This document shows positions 11,241-24,924 of a DNA stretch of 64,000 bases, piece by piece. Position numbers and translations under genes: made by a program. Origin of the DNA: Camelus ferus. Lineage: Eukaryota. Location: assembly GCF_009834535.1 (NCBI RefSeq), contig NC_045696.1, positions 18,044,001 to 18,108,000 on the forward strand. The letters are read 5' to 3'. The notes beneath the pieces are model-generated. The model was not told where the DNA came from. It was given only the letters and a program-made list of their open reading frames with translations, and searched no databases. The first letter of the stretch is position 1, and every line of letters begins with the position of its first letter.

Positions 11241-14200
11241 GGTGAAAAATTTTACTTAAATAGATGGCATATTAGAAACAATTACGATCTATTTGAACTC
11301 AAATTATGAAAATGTGTTAGAATTGTCTTACTAGTAACTTTGAGAAATTGTTAAATGCATCTACCATATTTGGAATGAAAATTAGAAGGAACATCTAATA
11401 TCCAAGTAAAAATTCAGGTGACTTATTTAACTCTAGAATAGGGTTTATCAAACTGGGATTCTGTTAAGTATCATTAAGGGGTCTACAAAGTAAGAAAGTT
11501 AAAGATATATCAATTATTGATTTCTGTATTAATGCACAATGACAGTGACTGAGTAATCTCATTAGCAATTTCATTAGAGGTTTTCCAGCCTTGCATCTCA
11601 GTGTCAGTGGGACATATTCACTTGATCAAGACAGTTCTAGATGAGATAATAATAGCCGCTGATAATCAGTTAGTGTGGTACTGCCGGGAGACAATATCAT
11701 GACTTTCCTTCTGGACGAACCTACTCCCACCTCCCCTTGTAGGTTACTGACTGACTTACTGTAGTGAACACACTAAACTGGAATAAGAGAAAATCAAAAG
11801 GGAATTTTTACACTAAAGGAAGCATTTTATATAACTCCGTTCAACAGCCCCTTTGATGGCTGCTGTTGTAAATATTGGAAAATATAGATTATGTAGTTTA
11901 AAATTACACTGTAAAGTTTTTGTGTTATATGAGATTTTGCTGTTGATTTATTAAGCATGTGTTTTATTGTTTAATTAAATTTGTTATACATTCATATCTA
12001 CAATTTTTATAAGGAAATGGTGACATAATGAGGCCTAAGCCTATAAATAACTATCATAAGGTTGATAAAGAGTAATTACATTCTGAATCATTTTAATGTA
12101 CTGATGGGGCAAAGGACAGACAAAAGGAAGGCTACTTATTCATATATTTTTCATGAGTGATAATCTAAGATGGCCTCTGCCATTTTTGTGTTGTGTGCAA
12201 AACAATGTACAAATGCAAAAACAAAGGTAATAATATGACAAGGTGACATTTATAATTTGACAAAAAGTACCATGTTTTTGGCAAATAACTGATAAGCAAC
12301 AATTTTTCTTTGTTGATGTATTAACTATTACCTAGCATTTGTATGATTTGTAAATTACAGTGTAATCAAGTAACTATTTTTCTGATCCAAAGAACTTCCA
12401 AAATCGAAAGATCAAGGTGTATTTGAAGATTTTTATTTATATATGAAAACAAAATGTCCTAGAAGAACTCTGTGGGTATTGGTCATGGTCCTACAGAGAA
12501 ATAGAACCAAAAGGATTGTAAAAATTAATAAAGAGAAAGCATAATTAAAATAGAGTCGGGAGACAAAAAGGAAGAGATCCCACACTACAATGACAGCAGA
12601 GCCCAACAGGAAGAAGAAAAGCTCCCTCTGCTTGCCTGGCACAGTGCAGCCAATGAAAAGCTTGAGAGTGAGGTAAGATATCAAGAGGTCTCAAGCGTTA
12701 TTGAAAAGTGGTAATAGTAACTCTAGAACAAAATGGGACAATGTTTTACATCTTTTTAACACAAACTGAAACTGCTTTAAGAGAAGATTAAAAATGTTTT
12801 GAATTGCTGTCTGATAGTACATTCAAGATGAGGATTAATGTTCTGCTCCTTGATAAATTCCACATTTCTATAAAAAAAAAAAAAAGAGTAAATTCATGAG
12901 ACTCTTTCTTGAAACTAACATAAGACCTATATATGAAATTGAATGTGCCACATAGTAAGAACACACATTTTCACAGTCTTGTATATATGTGTCTTTAGAT
13001 ATATTTTTTATTTATTTTGTTTTGCTTATGGTATTATTAGGTTTATTGTTCTACATTGTCAAAGATACTTTCTTTTTAAAAAACAGTAATTAACATCAAT
13101 TAAATCAAGTCTTCAAAGCCTACATTTCATATATTAAGTATAATTGTAACTTATATCAGTTATTTTTCAGAAATGTATTATCTTCTTCCTTGTAAGTATT
13201 CAAAATATATGAAAAGGAAAGAAACATTAATTTCATTTTAAAAAGCAAAGCTGAATTCTCTTTTTTTCAATAAATGTTGGCTCAAAAGTTTATTGTGAAA
13301 AAATGACTCAACTACTATACAAATAATCTATGCATCTTAGAATCTTCCATAGTAGTAATTTGTGATGAGATTTTATCCTACATTGGACAGCTGAAAAAAA
13401 AAAATACCAAGACAGTATTTTAACTTAAGAAAAAGAAAACTGAAGTTACCTTTATGCATGCTACTGATTTGCCTTAGAGTTTTCTTTGTGTGAATAAAAA
13501 AAAAAAATCCCAAATGATCAAGATAATAAGTTATTCTAAAAACAGATCTATAGAAAAAATAGCATTCTCTTTTCAAACAAACACTGAAAATTACCATTAT
13601 ATCTTCAAATCACTTATCTAGCTGAGGTACCATGAGGTGTCCGTATAATAGTTACGTATGTATGTATTTATTTATTTATATCAGAGGTTCTCCCTTATAT
13701 GTTTCATAAGGCAAAATGATTGAGAATGATTTCTTTAAAACAAAGTTGTCTGTTTACAGCACAGACTTAACATACTGATGTGTAAAATAGCACCCGAAGT
13801 GGAATGCTCATTCATGACATGTACAGGGATTACTAAATGTAATTCTGTCCTTTGACATACTTGAGTTGTTTAAACAAATATTATTTTACAACATGAGTTA
13901 ATTTTAACAGTATCTGAGAAATTATAAGGGTTAGTAAAAACACAAAGTTTATACAAATTTGAAAAAAATCAATCCTGAAATATTGATCAAGCTACAAATG
14001 TAAATCTACATATTAATGAGTTCAATTAAAGATACCTTATGGATATGTCAACAATATACATTGAGTAAACAGAGGTAGATCAAAGTTATAAAAGCTTGAT
14101 TAATGAAAAAATATGCATGTGAGCAATTAAGATTTCTGGGCTAACTTTAATAGTTAAACTCTCTTGAAAATATTAGTCAAAATTATTTTCTTATATCTGA

Positions 14201-14334
14201 TCAAAAATAAGATTTCTCAAATTTTACCTTTATCAACAATTTTCAGTTATATTAGTACTAAATATGTTGATAAGAAGAGTCATTAATCATTTCTGGTCAT
14301 TATGTTTTGTTTTGTAAATCATTTGTTTTAATTT

Positions 14335-14600
14335 TAATTAAATAAATATTTATTGGGTTTATGTTATACACCAGAGACTCTTCTCAATAATGGTGATATC
14401 TGGAATCTTTGTTTTCATAAATTTCTAAATCTAGCAAAGAATACAAATTTTAATCAAGTAATTACATGTGAATAAATTCATCAAAGGAGGAAAATAATGT
14501 TATAGGAACACATACAAAGGAGTTTTAACCCAATACTAAGGGGTTAAGGAAGATAATGTTCAAGAAATTATATATAAATGGAGATTCAAAGGAATGAATT
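14335..14600 (-). mobile_element. L2 3'-end fragment
   Basis: 'aaataaatatttattgggtttatgttatacaccag' followed by purine-rich L2 body. Confidence 0.6.
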
Positions 14601-14852
14601 AAATGTACCATGACTATTTTATTTCTATTAAACACGCATATTTTTAACAACCAGTTCAGTCTCACTGCCTGTAGCAACCTTCATCATTCTTCTCTCATTC
14701 TTTAATGGTTTTTATATCGAATGTTATTTCACTGACATAGTATTGCACCATTTTTTCTCCTATTTAAATTGTTTCTTTGCCAATCCTTATGAGATTTTAT
14801 AGTGTTATTATTTGATCATATAATTTAATCCAAGAATTTTTATTTAACAAGT

Positions 14853-15400
14853 ATGAGGGATAGACCTTACAGTGTACCCCTACCCCACGTTCAAGTCCTT
14901 TACAATTCCGCCCCCTTGAGTGTGGAAGGAACCAGTGACTTGTTTAGGACAACAGAATAAAGCAAAGGTGATAGATGCTACTCCTGTGACTAGGCTACGG
15001 TGTAACATACGTACAGTAAACCTAGGTAAGTACCCATTGCTAGCTTACACTCGAGACTCTTCCTTTCTCAGCTTTGGAGAAGTGGCCACAACGTGATATG
15101 GTCCAACGAGAGGACTAAGTGCAGGGGCCTCTGGGGGCTGAGAGTAACACTCCACAGCAAGCAAGAAAACTGGGATCTCAATACTACAGATGCAAAGAAC
15201 TGAATTTTGACAACAACCAGTGAGCATGTAAAAGGACCCAAAGCTTTGGGTAAGAATGAAGCCTTGTAAGACCCAGAACAGAGTCCAGTTAAGCCATTCC
15301 AGGACTCCTGACTGACGGAATTGATAGCTTAATAAGTATGTGCTATTTTCAGCCACCAGTGTTTTTGGAAATCTGTTATGAAATCCTAGGAAAGTAACTT
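14853..15400 (+). mobile_element. MaLR LTR, MLT1E-group
   Basis: 'cccccttgagtgtggaagggaaccagtgacttg', 'cagcaagcaagaaaactgggatctca', 'gcaaagaactgaattttgacaacaaccagtgagc'. Confidence 0.85.
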
Positions 15401-15899
15401 AATATGTAACTGTTCTTTATTTACTTTACTTTCCATGAAAAAAGCACAAACATTTTTCTTGTCTCTTTTTAGATTTTTGTATAATTCCTTTTTGTCTTCA
15501 TTTTTCTGTTGAATGAATTCAGGTTCTACATTTCTTACATTTTTCTTCAATTATGTTCTAAAATGTTGTCCCAGTAACTATTCATAAATTTTTAATACTT
15601 TTGTATTATTCATGCCATGGCTAAGATGGTAACATCTGTATCACATATTGTAATTGAATCTCCACACTCATTTTTACTCATTTCTTTGCTCAGAAAATTT
15701 TCATTCTCATAATTGACACTTTCACACTCAGAGTGCATTGTTAATTCTTCTTTTCTGAAAATAAACTTTATTTTTTTATAATTTCAACTAATTTTCCCAC
15801 GGTTTTCATGAGTAGGATAAAGCAAAAAGAGGACAAGGGGAAAGAAACACGGTGACTTTTTTTTGATGCATATGCTGTCTAAGAGTATGTCTTATGACT

Positions 15900-16500
15900 T
15901 CAAAATAAAACAGAATTTCATTAAACCTTCTGTTTAATTGAGAATTATATATGTATGCTTTTGTTGATGTTTATATAAATATGTATTGATTTAACTATTC
16001 AATTCCTATAGATCCTTACTTACATTTTTTATAAAGCAATGAAATAATTACATTACGGTGTATCATCATAACTGTATTTATGGTACATTCTATTTTCATT
16101 TCTAATAACTAAATTTTATATAAATGTATGTAACTTTTACATTAATATCCTATTTTATTATTCAATTAAGAATTTTTAAATGTTATCTCTTTAACCTGTT
16201 TAGAGTTTCTTAGACTTGTCCTTATGGTTTAATTTAAAAATGTTTCTTTGTTTCTAGGCTGGCATTTTTACTTTGTGTATACTTTGAAAAGGTATATATC
16301 TAGATTTTACTTTTATTTTTTAAACAGTCCATTTCTATTTTAAGGGGTGAATTCAGTACATTCATTTACATTATGTTGATAAGGTTTATTATTGGTTTTT
16401 ATCTGCAGTACATTTTTCTTTTGTATATCATTGTCTCTTTTTTCTTTCTTTTATTTTTTGTAATTTTATAATTTACTACAGATGGCTTTCTTTTCTTATT
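15900..16500 (-). mobile_element. Very old L1 fragment
   Basis: 'tattcaattcctatagatccttact', 'gaattcagtacattcatttacatt'; T-rich. Confidence 0.4.
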
Positions 16501-18149
16501 AATTTGGGAGTCTTGCTATACTAATTTGATTAACAAATATATTCCCCTTTTGGCATTCATACTCAAATACATACTTTCTTTTAATACGTAACGGAAAGAT
16601 GTCAAGTTCCCAGAAAATTAAACCACTGACATGGCAAAGAGCCAAATTCGTGGAGGCAATTAAGTGAGGACAATTTTGGGGTATCTCCATTAAGTCCAGT
16701 TAATTCTTATCTTCTCTCTTATACTCTGCCCAGTGCTACATCTTCCCAATATTTGACCTTCTATTACTACTGACTTCACGTCATAAACAGATAATGAGCA
16801 AGTTCTCATGAGAAACAGCTGATTCATAATGGAAAACTAGAAGCTATTGAAGTTAAGCAAGAGAGGTGTTTAGGAAAGGGTTGTGAAGAGTCCATGATTC
16901 AGATATGCTTTATCTGTGTAAATATACATTATTCAAATATAAATATGGGTTATGTAAGTAAATATAAGTTTAATGCTATGGGAAATTTGAGCCATGATAT
17001 ATTCTCACAATCTGGAATATATCATGAGACATATTCCCTGGGAAATACACCCCATGTGCAGTGTTATGTCAATGGATCAAGAATAATGGCAGTAGTGAGA
17101 AGTATGTGATGAGTCATGTGTCTCATGACCTTTCAGTTATTTCCCATAAAGGTCCAATTTTTCCCTCTTCGCCCAAAGCAGTGGAAGTGTTTCTGAATAG
17201 AACGGTACCATTTGTGTACTACAGCCTTCTCAGTCTTAGATTATGGCACCTTTGTATCAATTAAAAAAAAAAAAAAGATTTTCCTCTTGCAAACCAGGGT
17301 AAGAGAAAGCTTTTACCATTCCAAGGCTTTTTGTTTAGTAGCTCTTATGCTTGAACCTGACTCCTTAAAAATACTATTGATCAAAAGTGAAAAAAAAAGA
17401 AAAGCCCCCACTTTTCTTGTGCTTGTTCTTGCCTCACTACTCCAAACCTGAGGTTTTCATGATTTTCTTTAAATTCCTTTTCTTCATTATTTCAAAATGA
17501 CATTTTTTTCCAAAAGGAAAAGTTATGACTTGGTACTTGTGAGTTGTCTTTTATGTTTTTTCCTTGCATTATATCCAAATAAAATCTCTCTCAAATTTGT
17601 GATACAAAGTTGTCACATTTCATGTTTTAATGCTAATCAAAATATTTTGTGATTTTTATTTCCTTTTAATCACTTAAAAACCATGCTGTTAAAAATTCCT
17701 TTAAAACCATGATGTTAAAAATTTTTATTTCAGAAAATTGACTTTGGACTCTAAAGAGATTTTATGAAATGCTCTGTTTTAAGGTACGTTTATGCAGATT
17801 ATCAAGATGCAGTTTAAGAGAAGAAACAAGTAGCTCTAGTGGTGAATTAAAATTCACAGAAAATTAAAAGCTAAATAAAAATCATAATATCATGACATTT
17901 CTGAAATACTGAAGAAGAAATAGTTTGAGCACTCCTACGATATGAAACAGCATTTTTCAATAATGACAATATTGAATAAAATACTGAACACCAATGTAAA
18001 AGTGCTTAATAAATAAAAATCTGTATTGGGGCAGATACAGATTGCCTTTCTTGCCTTTTCAGATTCCCTCAGTTTCCATGTTCTTTATCTTTTACGGTTG
18101 CACCTCCCTTCCCTGCATGCTTTCTCGTGTTCAGACTTCAATAATACAA

Positions 18150-18435
18150 CATACAAGATGATCTAGGATGGCCACATGTGGATGACTGGGGTGACAGCCC
18201 TGTTCCTCCTGTCTCCTCCTCCAGCAGGCTGGCTGATGAATACTTTCACAGTAATGGCAGAAGAATAAATGGAGATGTGCAAACACTAAGGTGCTCTGTT
18301 GACAGAGATGTGATCTCTGCATTCATCACATCTCCTAACAACTGTCAAAACAATTCATACAGCCAGGCTAAGAATCAAGGACAGAAAGATAGACTACTTT
18401 CCAATAAGATGAACTGCCAAGTCAAATGCCAAAGG
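18150..18435 (-). mobile_element. Old MaLR LTR fragment (MLT1G/H-like)
   Basis: 'cctccagcaggctggct...cagtaatggcagaag', 'aagaatcaagg...tagactac...gaactgccaagtca'. Confidence 0.5.
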
Positions 18436-20188
18436 ATGTTGAAACAGTGAAGGATGAAAACAATAGGTCTGTAATGTAATTACTAAATTTACCTCAATCC
18501 TTTAGACCTAGGGAGCAATGGATTAGCACTGGTGGTACTCACTGGGTGTCTGATCATATGTTGTTGCCTCTCTTAGCAATAACACATTTAGAGAAACAGT
18601 TCCTTGGTTACATGCTTTTCAGTTAAATCCATCTGACTATAATATAGGCTGTCAGTTAGTCTAATTTGCAAAAGTATTTAGAATAGTGTTTGATGGATAT
18701 TAAATGAGGGTTTTAAATGACCATACATTTTACATTAATAGAATAGGTCCAGAAGACACGCTGCCTAGTGGTCCAATCTCTTAAACAATGCAGTATGTTG
18801 CTTCCAAATAAAATTATAGTATTTATTTACATATACTAAATTATTTATACATACACACACACACACACACACACATATTTTAAGTCTTTGACAGTTTTAT
18901 TTTTCTACATAGAGGTATTCACACATTAAATTTATTTTTAATTAGTTTTAATAAAGTTAAGTAACAACAAGAGTAAGACAGCTTTATCCTGAAATACCTA
19001 ACTTGTTATGTACAGACAGCCAAAGTACAACATTGAAAGTTACAGGCAAATACAGAAGTCCTAAACTGTACTAAAGCTTTCATAAACCAGTGGTTACAAT
19101 GACCAGTAGACTCCACAAAACCTTTTACTCATAAGAGGAAAAACAGCACTGATTGGATTAGAAGTGGAAAGACTAATGCATTTTTGTCCTTAAGGCTTAG
19201 AAGAAAAATGGTTCTCTCAGCTCTGCAAGGAAGCACAACAAGCAATCCAAAGCATTATTTGGGTGAGGCAGCTTGTAGAATCTGTTTCATTTGTCACTGG
19301 AATGAGTGGTTGAGACTTGGGAAATCTGAGTTATGGTTCAGTCCCAGGGTCACTGTTCACATATTCAGAGCAATATCTTAGGTTTAAAGGTGATTCACAT
19401 CCTCAGAAACATTCAGCACACTCATCAACCTCAAACCATCAATCCTTAACTTGCAGTGCCTTTGTAAAGGGAGGCAAGAGATTGCCTTGATCAGATAAAT
19501 AGAAAAAAATGTATATATAAAATATGTGCATGTGTATGTATATATACTACATACATATTTTTTCCACGTGGTAGCTATTAAAGATTTTTAGTGAATGGTT
19601 AAGTGATATCTATCTCTGAGGACTTTTCCATTTATATATGCTTACTTGTTAACCTTGAACTTGAGACTTCACTGCATGTAAAAGCTGTTCTACTTTCAGG
19701 GAAATGGTGTCTCAGGAGCTTTTTGACATAACTTAAGGAGGAAAAAAAAGTGGTTCACCCCAACCACAGACTATCTGAGGTCTTTGAAATGAAAGTGCAA
19801 CACCAACTAGAAAAGAAGAATTTAAATAGTACAGAAAACAGGCATGAGCAATGAGTACATGCTATCTCCCATTCCCTAAGACTGCAAGGGGACAGCTTAC
19901 AGAAACAAAATGTGTTTCCAGTCTCCAACTATAATATTTCATAATGGTTAAAAAAAAACAGGGAGGTGATTCTTTGCTCACTTTTGTAGAATCAGCATCT
20001 AAAATCTAACATAAAGCAAAGACTGCACTGTTCTGAATGTGGATAATGCCTACCTATACTATGTATCGATAAAATGTCTTCAATATTTTAACTTTTCCAA
20101 ATAAAATTGTTGTGTTTATGTAAACAATTGGCTAAATGAAGAAAATTCATTTTCAGGAAGCAACTTTATACTAGGTATATAGCATCTC

Positions 20189-21519
20189 TGCAGCGGATGG
20201 AAGAATTCTAGGATGGCCCAATTCCTACCCACCGCTGTACATGCTCTGAAAAACCGACTTCCGTTGAGCTATGGTTAGGACCTGACCTATGATGGAATAT
20301 TCACTCCCTTAATTAGGCTGCATTATATATAAGTAAAACTGATGACATAGTGGTGCTTACTTTTCCATACAACAACCAATTCTCCAATTCTCTGATACCA
20401 ACTGGGTACATTAAAATTCAACTCAAATCTGAGAGTAACTACTTGGAATTAGTGTAGACCCTACAATTTAAGAGCTCAGTCCCACAGGACTGCCCATCTC
20501 AGATGCCAACTGCAAGTCAGGTCCCCAGGTGACCCACACTTCAGCCCAACTAACTACATATTTGAGGGTTCCCATACCCAGGTTTGATAATTCGTTAGAC
20601 TGACTCACAGAACTTAGAAAAGCACTGTATTTATGGCTGTAGTTTTATGAAAAGGGATACACATGAGCAGCCAATTGAAGAGGTACACAGAGCAAGGTCT
20701 GCAAGGGTCTCCAGCACAGGAGTCTCTGTCCTAGAGGAGCCAGGGTGCACCACTCTCCCAGCAAGTAGATGTGTTCACCAACTGAGAAGCTTCCTCAAAC
20801 CTGATCATTCTTGAGTTTTTTTTTTAATTAAATTTTTATTATGTAGACATAATTGATTTAATCACTAGCTATGGGTGATTGAACTCAATCTCCAACCACT
20901 GAAGTCGATGAATGGAGCTGAGTGTCTAACCCTCTGATCATCTGGTTAGCTTTCCTAGTGACCAGCCCCTGCTGAAGTTATCTAGTCCCCTCCTCCCCCA
21001 TATTCACACCTCAATCATCTCATCAACATACAACAGACGCTCTTATCACTAAGGAAATTCCAAGGGTTTTAGGGTCTCTGTGCCAGAAACCAGGGACAAA
21101 ACAAACACACTTTTTATTATACCACAGATAGTCACTTCAATGGTTGTGTCATCTTATATAGCATTCTATTTTATCAGACTGAAGCAAGAGATTCTCTACC
21201 TGGGCTTCAAGGTGCATGGAGGTTCTAGGAGCTGAGAATAACCTCAGTTGACAGCCCATAAGAAATCAGGGACCTCAGTCCTGTAACTGCAAGGGAGTAA
21301 ATTAACACCTAGTAAACTTGGAAGAGGACACTCAGTCTCTCTGATGAAATCATATCCCTGGCTGACACCCTGATTTTATCTTGGTTGAGACCTTGCCCAG
21401 AGAACCTAGGTAAATCTTGCCTAGAATCATGACCCAAGGAAGCTGTGAGATAATACATTTTTGTTCTTTTAAATCACGAGGCGTAATAATTTCATACACA
21501 GCAACAGAAAACTAATGCA
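20189..21519 (+). mobile_element. MaLR LTR, MLT1E-group, split by MER21 insertion (20189-20350 and 21127-21519)
   Basis: 5' 'gaattctaggatggccc'; 3' 'aagaaatcagggacctcagtcctgtaactgcaagg', 'cagcaacagaaaactaatgca'. Confidence 0.85.
20351..21126 (-). mobile_element. MER21 (MER21C-like) near full-length solo LTR
   Basis: TG...CA termini, 5-bp TSD catag/gatag; 'gctcagtcccacaggactgccc', 'ctcttatcactaaggaaattccaagggttttagg'. Confidence 0.9.
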
Positions 21520-21850
21520 CTTATCCTCATGGAATTTCTATTGAATTGAGGGAGACAAATAATAAATACCTAAGCAAATCTAAATGATGTAATTTCAGAA
21601 GAGAAGTGCTTCGAAGTACATGAATATAGGTGGGTGTACGAGAAGGTAGGTGTACAGTGCCTCAATGATGAGGAATGAGGATGCCAGGAGATCATGGCAA
21701 GAAGCCTCAAGGTCCTGAAATGGAAGGGGACTTAGCACATTGTAGAAAGAGCCAAAGGGGTATCTAGCAGAATGAAGCAGAAGGAACGGAAGGAAATATG
21801 GTAGGGGAGGAGTCTAGACAGGAAGGAAGGGATCAGATAATGAAAACTCA
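21520..21850 (-). mobile_element. L2 fragment
   Basis: 'cctcatggaatttcta...gggagacaaataataaa', 'caaggtcctgaaatggaagggacttagcacatt'. Confidence 0.65.
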
Positions 21851-22313
21851 AGACAGTTATTTATTTCTACCTTTGGAAGTCTTTCAACAGCTTAAATGAA
21901 ATCTCTTCTGTAAGTATTGGCCATGCGTCAGAGAGACTTTTGAGAGCTTATTCAGTGTTTTCAAACTCTGCTGGTATATACACTCTTCTCCCTTAGTCAA
22001 TGTTGATGATGCATTTTATTTTCACACAGTGGTCTATTTAATTGCTATACACAACTTTACACAGAATTGTAAAGAGAACTCCAACTTACAGCATATACAT
22101 TGGGAGTCAATAACAGTGTATGACATTTTGTCTGAGTGAGTTTCAGAATTAGTAACAATGGTACTTTTGTTTTTGATTTATTGTGATTGAGTCCGTAGGC
22201 AGTTATTCTTATGTTTTGGTTGCTCTGTATTTATTTAGCAACTTTTACAGCAAATAATGCTACCAGTTTCATTAACTGCTATTATTTGATCATAATGAAA
22301 CAATTATTAGGGA

Positions 22314-22513
22314 CAGTGGTGTGCTGGAGTTGGCTTGCAATGGCTCAAGAGAGTCCACTGTGAGTATCTCCTCCCAAATTCACCCTCAGTGATGTCATGT
22401 TGGTGGCCTGAAATTATCCATGGTGGGAGTAGTTCCACTGCAAAATCTGCAAACACTACAAATATTTTTTTTCCTCAGAGGACCAGGTATTAAACTTTGC
22501 CAACACAGCAGTG
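22314..22513. mobile_element. MER63A-like hAT-Blackjack non-autonomous DNA transposon
   Basis: Imperfect TIRs cagtggtgtgctgg / ccaacacagcagtg; internal 'cagtgatgtcatgttggtggcctgaaattatccatggtgggagta'. Confidence 0.85.
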
Positions 22514-23929
22514 ATCAGATACATGATTAATGTATGTTAATTAATATAAATTTCAAAAAAATGCTTTTCTTTGTAAATCTCACTGGCTTACTTTGATTTT
22601 CTATTACTCATAAAGCAATTTTTGAAAAAAATGTACTTTGTTCCAATTATAATTTTTGCATATAAAGGTATTTATATGTATATCTTTAGTAGTCACATTT
22701 AATGTAATACATTTTAATTTGCATGTGTAAAAATAGTTGTTCCAGATGCTAAAATTAATATAGATTTATCACATTCAATTATATTTACTAATTAGAAAAT
22801 CTCTTCATAACAACATCTTCTTATTGCCCAATTATTATCCAGGGACAGAGTGTAGGTTTCTACTCATAGGTAACTGTTGGTGGCAAAATAAAAAGTTTAC
22901 ACTTCCATAAAATTTTCCTATCATATTAACTGGAAAGGGGAATGTTCCTAGTTCCATATCTATACATAAGGGAAACATAGAGCACAATTATTTCCTTCCC
23001 TGCAATATTTGATTTTTTCAGAGGATAGTCCTGAAAAGCAAAAAAAGGGAAGTACATTTTAAATAATTTGCTAACAGAAAATGAAATACTGCATTTGTAT
23101 CTCACTGAAAAAAATAAGTATTAAAAGATAAGACTTATATGACAATTTGTATTTTAAACATACTTTATGTATGGAGTGTCAATGAAGAATGAAGAATCAA
23201 AAACCGTAAATCTATGGTATATATAATGTGGATTTACCTAAATATTATCTTGTTAATAGTAGCTTATTGTCCTCTCCAAATAACTATGGGTTGCAGCCAT
23301 TTACATGTTTTCACTTTAAAATTTTTTACCTAATTCTTTCTGGAAAATTTAGATTTGGAAAGTCAGTTCCTTGTACCAATTTCTGCTTAGGAAAACAATG
23401 AAAAGAATCAAATTGTAACTTTTACTGGGTAGCAGGCGCTATCATCAGGGGACCCATTTTCTTCCCTGGCTATGCCAACCGCTATTATTTCTGATAGAAA
23501 AGAAAACTATCCCATGCCTTTGGAATGAGCTGTGTAAAGCAGCTGGCGGGCATTTAATGTACAAGACCAATTCATAAGCCATTTTCCACTCTATTTCTTT
23601 TCCCAGACTCTTAAAATACACTTGGTTATTTATTGTACAGAAGGTAAAACATTTTATCAGTTTCTTTGACATGTCAACTTTCTTCATTGTTCTCTTCAAA
23701 TAAAAATTCTATTACAGTAAACTGCCAATCAAAATCTCAGGAGTTTTTATTTAGTTTTAGAACTTGATGACCTTTTTGCAAGTTAATCTGGAGGAGTAAG
23801 TATGTAAAAGTAATGTAAAAAACCTGATATTCTCTGTCCAACATTCAAACCTTTCTGTAACTTCATATTTTTGTCATGTCACATTCCACATGTATTATGT
23901 ATTAATATTTAATGGTTTTGGCTAATATA

Positions 23930-24860
23930 CATACATATTTAATAACTTTGCATGTTGATATCTCTCTTTTACCATTTTTTTATTTGCCCTTTTATATATT
24001 AATCTCTCCCATCAGTTCTAATGATTCTTTCAATTGATTCTTTTGGGTTTTCTAGGTAGAAATTACTTGCAAATAATTGTAATTTACTTTTTCAACTCTC
24101 TAATATTCATACATAATTTTCTCTATTTTTGGTATATTTACATTACTCAATCTCTTTATCCCCAAACTACTGCTGAATAATAATTTCGATAGATGACAAT
24201 TTTATCTTTTTTTCTGACTTTAGGGGGAAAATATTAGATGCTCATCTATGTACTGTCTTTATTATTAGTTTCAGATATACTCTTACTCAAGTTAAGGATT
24301 TTCTTTGTTCTTTCAAATAGATGTAGAATTTTATCAAAATCATATATCAATATGACCAGGACTTTTCTCCTTTACTTTATCAATTTAGTTCAATACATAA
24401 ACATATTTTCTAATTTGAAAATATTATTTACTCCCACAATAAAAACTCCCTTGTTTCACTATCATGTATTCCTTTTTTAAATAATGAGACACACCTGCTT
24501 GCTAATATTATATTAAAAATGTTGGCTTCTGTTGCCAAATAAGACTGATCTACAGTTTTTGTGTTTTCTCAGGTCTTTATCTAATTTTGGTATCATAGTT
24601 ACAATACTTTTTTTCAAAACATTTTAAGATATATTGACTTTCATATATCTAATAGTTTAACACAATGATATATGTTTTATAAATTTAATAAAATATGTCT
24701 GTAAAACATCTGGGAATGATGTCATTTCAAGGGGGGATAAAGATATTTTTACCTTTTAAAACAATGCTCTGCCTATTGGCTAAGTCAGAATTATTACTAC
24801 TCCCTCCTTAAACCTTTCTTTTGCAGAAATTTGTCCATTTCTTCTGCCTTTTCAGATCTC
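23930..24860 (-). mobile_element. Old L1 (L1ME-like) ORF2 fragment
   Basis: 'ttgattcttttgggttttctaggtag', 'ctgactttagggggaaa', 'ttgctaatattatattaaaaatgttggcttct'. Confidence 0.7.
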
Positions 24861-24924
24861 CATGTTTAAAAAAGCTGCAAAATTTATCTTCCTATTTCCT
24901 AAGCACTAGTTTCCATCTTTGTTT

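Noticed and set aside
11438..12070. Possible hAT/Charlie remnant (also ~21952, ~26070-26560, ~49190-49280)
   Set aside because: Only terminal-like motifs seen; too diverged to call or bound by eye
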